From NCBI RefSeq assembly GCF_006345805.1, contig NC_042998.1, positions 201,934,001-201,998,000 of the forward strand: DNA of 64,000 bases, written 5' to 3'. This stretch comes from Octopus sinensis. Taxonomy: Eukaryota. The translations under genes and the position numbers were made by a program. This document shows, piece by piece, positions 53,961 to 64,000 of the stretch (its first letter is position 1; every line of letters starts with the position of its first letter). Below the pieces are notes generated by a model. The model was not told the DNA's origin and made no database searches. It saw nothing but the letters and a program-made list of their open reading frames with translations.

Positions 53961-54269
53961 AAACACATATTACTTTAAAATTTCTAAATTAATCGCGAAA
54001 CGAAACCATTAAGGTATATAAGGAACAGATTAAATATTATAACCATCCAGGCCCCAAATGTACTAAAACAATAACAATAGTAATAGACACAATAACAACA
54101 AGAGTCCTTAACTTGCTCCTGCCATTGTTAATATTCCGAATAATACCCAATTTCATCAAAATAAACATTCCCCTTATACCCGTAATCCTAAAAATAAACA
54201 GTTAAAGGGAAGTAATCATGCTTCATCTTCCTTAGCTACAATAGTTACGCTAGTTTTTTTTAATAATAA

Positions 54270-54960
54270 ATCTAGCAAACAATCACAGAATCCTAATGAA
54301 AATATTTGGCTGATTATTCCATAGGTAAACAAGTAAAAAGTAAGCTTCCCCTCTTATATCGCCAAGCTATAGAAAGAAACTTGCCTATTAATTAAAGGTA
54401 CCACTTGATTTTGAACACACACCGTATCAGTGTAGGTTTCTCTAACACAAACAACGTTTCACAAATTATATCTTCACATAACAGACTAAGAGGTTACAAT
54501 TTCTCTCCTAATAATTCTAGTAACCTTATTAAAACTAACAATAATATTAACGATAATCTCTCCTTAAATGTAACCTTAAATGTAATAAAATCTGTGTCTT
54601 AATGGAAACTACTGGAAACCGTATACTAATGGAAACCGTATACCAATGCAAATTTACCTCTGGTAACAACGAATTTTTTTATAGGTCTATCCTCTACGTT
54701 TTTGAAATGCAGACTACCTAACCGTTTCTCTACCTTCAAAGACAATCGAAGCGTAACTCCACTGCAATTAGTAAACTAATATGGCACCTTAAAGACTCTG
54801 CCAAACTTTCTACTTATCTAAATCTTTTCCCTATGATAAAGAGAACACTTTCTGTCAGCTTTGTACAGAAAATAAATTTTTAATTCTCTTTTCCAAACAT
54901 AAACTGGTAAACAGGTTTACGGAGAGAGTTTACAATTGTACACCCTGGAATAGACATTCC
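54270..54960 (+). mobile_element. Penelope-like element relic (linker plus GIY-YIG), Naiad-like
   Basis: NIWLIIPIGKQVKS..LNTHRISVGFSNTNNVSQIISSHN (cf. IIWFNPP..VSYS...N+..II..HN), VYQCKFT..FIGLS..STAISKLIWHLKD, FCQLCTENKFLI..LVNRFTE. Confidence 0.75.
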
Positions 54961-55572
54961 TTCACTTTTTTCAAATAGTATCTACCCATTTTCTGAAAAT
55001 TATCTTTTCTCTATTCTTCTATCTTACCTCTCAGAACTTTTATTTCCCCCTTCTTTTTTCTCTTCCTACCTTTATCTATACAATTTTGCACGTAACTCTC
55101 CGCTCTCTCACTCTCTCTCCCTCCCTTTTTATCTTGTTTTCACTTTTCCCCCTCCCTATCTTTCTATATATTTTCTTCTTCTCTTTCCATATGCGTATTT
55201 TTCTGTTTTCTCTCCTATATGTATGTATGCTATGTTTGTATACAAACGTGTATATGTTGTTAATAAATGTTTATCTGTGTACGTATGTGTTTGCGTCTAT
55301 ATATATTCTCGGGATGTGTTTGCTCCTTTGCATGATTGTGAACGTACGTTTATGCGTATAAGTGGATGGTCGTAAACGTCTATTAACGTACACGTATGTA
55401 TTAAGTATGTGGTGTGAATATATGTATGATTGCATTTGTATATATGTATGTATGTGTGTGTGTCAGTGTGTATATGTTTGCATTCATATATGTTCGTGTT
55501 GGTAAAAATATAAATATTGATATATATAAGTGTGTGTATGTGTATACATACTTGTACATATATATATATACT

Positions 55573-55627
<55 letters not shown>

Positions 55628-56170
55628 GTATGATTGTGTGTGTGTGTGTATGTGTGTGTGTGTGTGTGTGTCTGTATATCCGCGCGTGTGTGTGTAACAA
55701 AGTCCATGTAGATATCAATACAATCTAAAATTTGTTTCTGAGTATGTTTATGTATGCGCATGCGTGCATATGCATATAAATACATCATATTTTCTAGGAC
55801 TTCCCATATCTGTAATAATGTCTATTTGATGAGTGCTGTTGTTTATATATTTTCTGATTAGATTGAAGCATAAGTGACTATAATTCTTCCCGTCGGACGT
55901 ATTTTAAGTGATCCATTGAAACATGATATATAAAAGATATGAAGATATAAAGATATGAAGATGTAAATGTCTTAATAACATCCTGAGCGTTTCTCTCCTT
56001 TTTCATTTTTTTTTATTTTCTTCTAAATACGAATTACGTATCCCGGAATCAAACCAAACTTAAATTTGATCATTGTTTCCTAGGATACCTTAGCAACACT
56101 CATCCAGCTTGTAATTATATCCCTGAATCTTTCCTATTAATTGCACTTACACACACACACACACACACAC

Positions 56171-56214
<44 letters not shown>

Positions 56215-57250
56215 GGTGAGAAAGTTGGTGTATGAATCCACGTCGTTGAATATATAGAAAATAGTAAAAAGGGAAAAAACTACAGTAGGCTTGTTTTAAA
56301 AGGTTAAAACATATATATTTGAGTCATTATGTCTGAAGAATGTTATAAATTCTTTTCATACAATGTCATAGTTTTTGAAGAAATGACCGGTTTCGCGTTC
56401 AGCTTTTCAAATTTCTTACATCGTTATGTTTACGTTGAGAAGTGTGGAGAAGAGTTCCAGATAAGGGGAGGTAATAAGTGATTTATTCCGGTGTAAGGGA
56501 GATAATCGCTTAATATTTCTTGCCTTTTTTTTGGAGTGAGCTTCTCTGTATAAGAATGTTGGAATGGTTAAGTTTGGGCTTGTATTTTTCAATGAAGAAT
56601 GTTTCCTTGTTTAGTCTAATTTGTGTTGGTGTTCCGATAGCACATTGGTAAAATGGAAAGATTAAAAATTGTGGTAGTAGTTGCTTTGCGCATTTCTCAA
56701 TGTGCTCACTAAAGGGTATCATTCTGTATTCTGGGAATGCAATCTGTTGTCGATGCAGTGTGCATTTATGTCTGAGTGATAGTCCCGTGGACCCCACGTA
56801 GTTTTGGTGGCAGCCCGAGCATTTTATGACATAAATTATGTTTTCAGAGGCACAAGTAAAATTAGATTTGATCTTGAATTTCTGTCCCTCTTTGAAGAGG
56901 AATTATGATCCTTCTAGCAGGTTTGGACATGTTGCACAGTTCGGTCTACCACATCCACATACAACCCCAGAAACAAAGGAGCCTTCACCATCATTACCCA
57001 GAATTTACCAATACTTCATAAGGGCCCCAAATTAAAGGGAATTCTAAACATACACCAAATCATTAAAAGCTACAAACAACCTAAATCACTTAAAAAGATT
57101 CTAACAAAGGCAAAATTGTTTTCTGAAATTACGGATGCAAAAGTAAAAAAATGTGGTTGACCGAACTGTGCAACATGTCCACTTCCCGAGCGTTAAACAT
57201 CTGTTGTCTACACCACCTGCCTTCGTCCTTTGTTTCCTTTGTGAAATTCC
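56215..57250 (-). mobile_element. Penelope-like element 3' end with 5' inversion
   Basis: Minus 56953-56510: CGRPNCATCP..FTCASENIIYVIKCSGCHQNYVGSTGLSLRHKCTLHRQQI..KETFFIEKYKPKLN. Plus 56957-57181: TYNPRNK..IKSYKQPKSLKKILTKAK..KCG*PNCATCP. Confidence 0.92.
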
Positions 57251-58788
57251 CCTATATATATATATATCTTTAATGATCACTTAGAATTTTTTTATTTACC
57301 AAGTTTGATTTCAACTCCTGTTCATGCAAATTTCTATATAAAACTTACGTAATAGAATGCCACTTGTTCATACCTATACAAATGGTGCTCTCCTATATTA
57401 TATGTCATCCAAGGTTTGTGTTTTGCTTATATAGGAAGTGTATGAAAATTAGATAAAGATGAAAATAATTACCACAATGAGGAAAAGATGTGGTAAGATG
57501 TAGAGAGTAAATATGGTGTCCAGAAGAAAGTAGATAAAAGCATTGTTAGGGGATAAATGAACAGTATAAGACGTAAAAGAAGACGACAGAGAAGAATTCA
57601 ATCCTTGTTCAAGTGATTAATAGCAAATAATGATTCCTAATCCATTATTTGACATTTAAAGCTGTATTTAGTTCATAGGTTAGTAACAACTTATAATTGA
57701 TAGCAACATTGAGCACACATTTTAGAAACTACTATAAAAGCAATTTGGATTCGTAAATTACTTGGTTGGCAAACTCTGTAGAGCATCGGATACAAATGCG
57801 ATAATTTGACACGTAAGGTTATACAATGATTTCATTTCTTGACTCTAATGGCACTGACTTTCATCTTCACGATGTCGATAAGAAGAAAGTATTGGGATCG
57901 ATTTCTTCGACTATTTACCTACAAGCAAGGTTTTGGCATGCCTCTATGTAAGTAATCTATAACACTGAATTAGTTTGAAGGGGTTAATAAATTGACTGAT
58001 TCGCTAAAGATATCATGTATAGCGACATGTTTATTTAGCTATTTAATTGATCATGTTACCTTCTCATGTGTCTCGAGATTAATGAGTATCAAGGAGCATA
58101 TAATTAATTGCTTCATGATTAACATTAACTGATCGACAAATGGAATACCATAATGCATAGCAAGTGTATTGGATACAAGCCTGCCTAGCATCCATTCATC
58201 AATTTTCTTTTACAAGTGTGTATGTGTGTGTGTTTGTGTGTGTCTACCAGCGTGTGTTCGAGTATACTCGTATGTATGTATATGCACAAATGCATATGTA
58301 TGTACATATATTTCAATATATGCTTATGTACACACGTACATGTACAGGTGTAGAGATGTCGATGCAGATATACACACATGTTTGGATGTACGTATATAAT
58401 GCTGTATCTAGAAAGAGAAAGAAAGTGAGATGAGATAGTAATACAATAAGAGAGGACACTAAGGGAAAGTACCTTGTATCTAATCATACATGGGTTTGGC
58501 AAAATAATGGTAACACCTAGCATCTTAATATCGTAATTTTAAAATTTCTAAGAAACCGTCAAAAGTTTGTTTATTTTTATGTCTTTTGTTTTATTATTGT
58601 TGCTTAATATGTTTTGTTAAAATTGGTCTTTCTTTGCAGATATCATCAGAAAAAGGTAATTAAAATTTATTAAGATTATTGATCTGTTGGAATTTCAAAG
58701 ATGTCAAATTGTTGGTGCTAGCATGGCAGGCGCTAGCGTAAAGAAAAGCAGCCAAAATGTTTGGTGCATCAAGAAGTACTGTCTCGAA

Positions 58789-58824
<36 letters not shown>

Positions 58825-58826
<2 letters not shown>

Positions 58827-59109
58827 TAGCAGTATCGCCAGGCGTTGCTCGGGTTTGTAAGGGAAATAACTATATAAGCATTTTTAGAGAGTTACTTCCC
58901 TTATATAATAGCAAACAAATGCATTAAAAATGGGAAAAATTATGGTAATTTTTTTTTAAATCGTAGACTCATCGTAGACGCGCGCTAATACCCAGAAGGG
59001 CTCGATATGAATCACGACTATAAGGTACCCGCTCTTGTTAAACTGTACCGCAAAGTGTGGGAGTAGTTATGAATCTAAATCGTAAGAGACAGACACACAA
59101 CGTCACTTT

Positions 59110-59120
<11 letters not shown>
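58825..59120 (+). mobile_element. Non-autonomous Helitron/Helentron-type element in (TA)n
   Basis: Starts actagcagtatcgccaggcgttgctcggg (ACTAGC plus GC-rich hairpin-like start) and ends acagacacacaac..ttttatatataaat, the layout of Lep1/DINE-1-like elements (from recollection). Confidence 0.6.
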
Positions 59121-59170
<50 letters not shown>

Positions 59171-59427
59171 TTATATAAACTTCTTTATGCATAAATACAT
59201 ATATATGTGTCCCACGCATACAGAAAACCTGTTTTTACTGTCAAGGGCTTTATGTGTCCCATTACTAGGCTATTTTCATTAGTCATTGTGCGGTGATCGC
59301 AATAAGCTTTAAGCTTATAAAATACTATTATCATTACTTAAAGAATTGTAAAAATGGGCGCCGCTTAACAAAACCACTGACAATAATAAAAACCACAGGA
59401 TAGTTTGTGTAAAAAAGCAACTAATAA

Positions 59428-59686
59428 AATAAATAAATGCGCCCTTTTAAAGCCTAACCAGGCTCATGGGCCCGGTTTCCCGGTTTCAATGGCGTATGTC
59501 TTCCCCAGCTGAACGGGACGCCAGTCCATCGCAGCGTTACACATTTTTGCCAGCTGAGGGGACTGGAGCAACGTGAAAAGAAGTGATTTGCTCAAGAACA
59601 CAATGCGCGTCGCCCGATCCAGGAATCGAAACCCCAAACTTAAGATCATGAGTTCAACACCCTTACCACTAAGCCACGCGTCTCCA
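59428..59686 (-). mobile_element. tRNA-derived SINE, fourth family, with a V-domain-like core
   Basis: Head ggagacgcgtggcttagtggtaagggtgttg..ggtttcgattcct. Core gctgcgatggactggcgtcccgttcag resembles the V-SINE domain (from recollection). Confidence 0.8.
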
Positions 59687-59752
59687 CAAGAAAAAAAAAC
59701 AAAGCAACTACGAACTAATTATATTTCTTAAATCTGATGGAAAAAACAGTTT

Positions 59753-59893
59753 GGTTCGCTAGTGTAATTGGTAGCGTAAACAGAGGGGTGTGGGTTCGGA
59801 TCCCACGTGTAAGGAAAACTTACTTTACTGTCGACGGCTTATGTCCCATTGTCAGACTCCTTAGTCATTGGGCGCTATAAGCTTATAAAATTC

Positions 59894-59898
<5 letters not shown>
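59753..59898 (+). mobile_element. Short tRNA-like SINE, fifth family; truncated sister at about 59207-59335
   Basis: A-box tagtgtaattgg and B-box ggttcggatcc. Tail tactgtc..tatgtcccatt..ttagtcattg..taagcttataaa is shared with 59235-59330. Confidence 0.6.
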
Positions 59899-59934
<36 letters not shown>

Positions 59935-60166
59935 TCTTACGAAAAGCAAATATAAAATACACGTGGAAATGTAAGGGTAAAATATGAAAAATCAACGAAA
60001 ATGCATATTGCAAATAGAAAAAGGCTATTTATGACAGGTAGTGACAAATGTATACATCTAGATTGACTGAGGTAGTAATACGAGTCATAAAGGTCATTAT
60101 TTTGAGATGATTATAGGATGATAAAAAAGTAAGAGAACAAAACGAACCAGTGGTTTACGCGAAGGC

Positions 60167-60289
<123 letters not shown>

Positions 60290-61040
60290 CACTCATAATA
60301 TTTTTACAAATAATACACTCATATATATATATACCATATGCGTAACTAAATGTCTTTATATGCATGTGTAGACGCGTATCTATTTCTATTATGTAAGTAT
60401 ATATATGCTCAGAGAAACAGACAGGCAAAGGAAGCATGGTATATGTCTATATGCTACGTTTATGCAAATGTTTTTTTTCTTTCTTTTATTCGTGTATATG
60501 CATATGTGAACCGGAAAACATGTTAGGTTTTTTTTCTTCCTCAAAGGCGAACGCACTGCAATTGTGACAAATCATCAAGTAGATCAAAATTAGAAGAAAA
60601 AAACACACACACACATATATATATATATAAAAGAATATCTCTATGCTTTAGTAAATACACAAATGAGGGCCTCGGATCGATGAAATTAACAGTCGCTATG
60701 AGAATTTATCATGAATTTGAACGGATATTCAACGTTGTCTTTGATGCTAAAGAGAGAAATGCAGGAAATGTTGCATCCATTAGCATATATCACATTGCTA
60801 ATCCGCAGACACATTACATCAGCTCAGTTTATTGTCAATAAGTAATATCTAATGCCTTTATTGTTGTCTCTTATTAATGGATTCTGCTATAAATCTAATG
60901 TTTTGACTACTGAAATATTCATTCAACTACATTACCTACATCATGATGTGGTATGATATGATACGACCATTACGTCTTCAATTTATAATATATGTGATTT
61001 AGACACACAACCCTGCAACCACACGCACACACATACACAT

Positions 61041-61080
<40 letters not shown>

Positions 61081-61329
61081 ACATACATACATAAAGACAT
61101 ATATACATATATACATATATAAATATGTGAGTGTGTATATATATATATATATATATATATTTAAATATATATATATATACATACGCACACACACATATAT
61201 ATATTCATATATATACACCATACGTTTGTGGTGAGCGTGCAACCAAAGCTAAGCTGCAATCGCGAAAAGAAATAAAATTTTGCTCGAAGACATTTTGATT
61301 TGTGCTACGTCACTAATGGGAAAATCTTA

Positions 61330-61900
61330 AACACATTTCTTCCTCCTTTCACGATAATAATACTTGTTCATGGCCAACGTTATCTGAGCTGAGAGCGAGG
61401 TGCAAAATTGTAAAACATCAAGCAAGATGTTGTTAAGATTTAAAAAGAGGCGTCGTTGATACGCAACAGAAAATAGTATCATAATGCTTACCTATGTAAT
61501 CAAAGAAGCCAAGATGACATTGGCGTTAGGGGACTGAATAACGTTCTCAACGTACTCGCTCCGACTCATTGCAATCCCATTTGAAATCTTGCCGTGGTCA
61601 ACTGTATCTTTTGTCTGCTGGTGTTCGGTAAAAATGTTCCAAATCAGGGCGATAAATTTGCAAATCGTGTTTCACATCAGATAACTAAGGGTATCTGTTC
61701 AAGCACTCCGTTTCCTAATAAACATCATTGGCTTGATAAGCAATGACATGCATGCATTGTGCAACTGCAAATTTCGTCAACGACACCATTTACAAGCTTG
61801 CGATACAGGTGTAGTCACAAGGTCCACCTAACCGACGATGTTTCTGTACATAATGAGTGTAACCGGTTTTAGTCATCACCGCAATTGCCAATGCTGAGAA
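61330..61900 (-). mobile_element. Probable hAT (Buster/SPIN-like) transposase relic
   Basis: Frameshifted minus translation CHCLSSQ*CL (cf. HCIIHQEAL), VDHGKI..KW..MSRSEYV (cf. YGDL..VRWLSRGKV), VAYQRRLFLNLNNIL (cf. LAFLxD..HLNxLN), in the expected order. Confidence 0.45.
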
Positions 61901-62264
61901 AGAGTTGATTTGATTCGTGTTATGAATTTGTGTTTTTTCATTTATACAAAAATACTAAGGACAATAAACAAGAATTTTTGGATTGAATATGATATCATGA
62001 CAAGCAATCCAGGTACTATAACCCCTAATACTAGTAACTCTAAGAGATATGAGAGTTGTGACTCCCCTCTACACATTCATACAATAGGGATTGATCCCAA
62101 GCCTTATCACTGCAAGAAAAAAAAAAACCTGTTATCGTTGGGTCTCCCAACTATGTCCGATTGATGAACTTTGCTTTAAGCTATAAATCGTATATATATA
62201 TATGCCAAGTAGTAGCCCCATGTTCTCATCATATAAGGGTCAACACTGCCGGCACTGTTGATTT

Positions 62265-62295
62265 CACGTGACGTCACCGACTTCACCTATATAAA
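62265..62295 (+). promoter_or_regulatory. Overlapping E-box/CRE followed by a TATA box
   Basis: CACGTGACGTCA at 62265-62276 and TATATAAA at 62288-62295. Motif presence only. Confidence 0.35.
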
Positions 62296-62908
62296 TTCTC
62301 AAATGAAGCCTCTAAATTCTATTTCAAGCTACATACATACACCACCGCAAGTACTAGAATATTCCCTTTACCTTATCTTAGTCCGTAGATTTTGGGGCTT
62401 CCCCGTACGACACTAACAACCGTGTTTGTAAGTTACGTTGCATGGAATTGCTCACTATTCATTGCCATCATGATACCTAGTTACTCGATAGGTTCTCTGA
62501 CGTAAGCTTCTCGTGTAAGCACAAATTATACTCTGTATACTACGTAAATTTTTCATGATTTACTCTAATCCTGTTAAGCCCTATTCTATGGTTGCAATAT
62601 TTTCTTCCTCCATTCTCCTAGTACCATTTTCAACCCCATCTAAGTATATTTTCATCCACCGCTATCCCTGCCCTGACTCCTCTTTTTCATTAATTATCTC
62701 CTCAGTTCACTCTAGTCACACACCATCCTTCACTGTTAGTGAATCCCTCTTAACCCCCAATGATGTTCCCTTTCACCATACTGACCTGAACTCTACTTCC
62801 CTCTGCTCTCCTTGCTTCTTCTATTCTGTCTCTGATCATTTCCACTAAGTCATAGAAACACTTTTCTATATACACATATATACATATACATATAAATGTG
62901 TGTGTGTT

Positions 62909-62946
<38 letters not shown>

Positions 62947-63856
62947 CGTGTGCGTGCGAGCTGCGTGTGTGTGTGTGTGTTTCTGTGTGTGTGTGTGCGT
63001 GCGTGTACAACGAGAGAGTGAAAGAGGGGAAAAATTTATGCATTTGTAGACATAGGCATGTTGTATCCCGTTCTGTCCCGCAAACTTAGCGATCGAAAAA
63101 CAGAGATTGCTGCAGTAAAATGGAATTAAGTGTTCAAGCAATATACCTAACACAAGTGACTAAAACTGTACCAAAAGAGAAGAATAAAGCAATATATGTG
63201 CTTACTGGTGAGCAGTAGTTTGAGCTGAAAAACGAACGAAAAGCCTCTTGAAAATGTTTCATATTTTTGGCACATTCCCTCCTATTGTGTATATTATTCC
63301 TTATTTATTTTATTTATTTCTTTGCAGCGTTTATTCCCCAAATTTCACTGCTGAATCCGAACTTATCAGAATAAAAATACATTTTATACCAAAGAGTTGC
63401 ATAGAGATCAAACCTGTAAATGTTGCGTATGAAGGAGAAGGAATGAGAAATCCATACCATTGCTTCATTACATTTAAATGAATATAGATTCGAGAACATT
63501 CCAAATCTCATACGATTTTTAATCCTTCAGTAAATAATTTAATTTCGCCCGGTTGATCTTTTTTAAAAAACGTTTATAATTATTACGTGAATTTCTACGT
63601 TTTAATTCTTGTTAATTATATAGCCGTAAGAAAATATCTTAAAATATAACGTATACTTAATTTTACAGTAAATACTTTACATAATCACCTATTTATGTAA
63701 TCAACAAATTCGTTTCTAAAGATTTAAAATTAGTTAAACTACCCGAAGGTGTTATGAAATTTAAGATGAATTGATTCTTTAAAAACTAATATAAGAATAA
63801 CATGTTATGTAACTTAAATGCATTATATGCAATGTTTTGTAAAATAGTCACCTTCT

Positions 63857-63892
<36 letters not shown>

Positions 63893-64000
63893 TGTATACA
63901 TACATACATACATGCATACATATGCATCTCTGTTTGTGTTTGCGTGTTGGTGCGTGAATGCATGTGTGAGTGTACAAGCGTAAGCGGATTTATGTATTAA

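Noticed and set aside
57152-57181. In-frame TGA next to the PLE Cys motif as possible selenocysteine
   Set aside because: The duplicate copy at 56924-56953 has AGA (Arg) at that codon, so it is a point mutation at a non-Cys position.
59753-59810. Genuine tRNA gene
   Set aside because: A and B boxes are present, but there is no complete cloverleaf, and the downstream tail is shared with a second copy. This fits a SINE head.
61330-61900. GPCR pseudogene on the + strand
   Set aside because: Only vague hydrophobic stretches. The minus-strand hAT transposase motifs explain the region better.

Overview
AT-rich, repeat-dense eukaryotic non-coding DNA. The SINE families and microsatellite load resemble an octopus (cephalopod) genome; this is an inference, not a database match. 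I found no intact host protein-coding gene, rRNA, true tRNA or CRISPR array, and nearly all ORF-track entries are translated microsatellites. The window holds decayed mobile elements: tRNA-derived SINEs of at least five families, LINE fragments (RTE, CR1/L2-like, HERO/R2-group), four Penelope-like element (PLE) relics with GIY-YIG endonuclease, an internally deleted Ty3/Gypsy element, Helitron-type and MITE-type non-autonomous DNA elements, and a probable hAT transposase relic. The most notable signal is a set of short non-coding elements anchored in (TA)n tracts. They carry minimal type I hammerhead ribozyme (HHR) motifs, and several form fold-back palindromes (25.4-26.1 kb, 48.4-48.9 kb, 42.9 kb). 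One family shares a non-canonical CUGUAGA core. There is also a 5 x ~359 bp tandem array with dimeric higher-order structure at 31.8-33.6 kb. Element boundaries were read by eye and are approximate unless stated.
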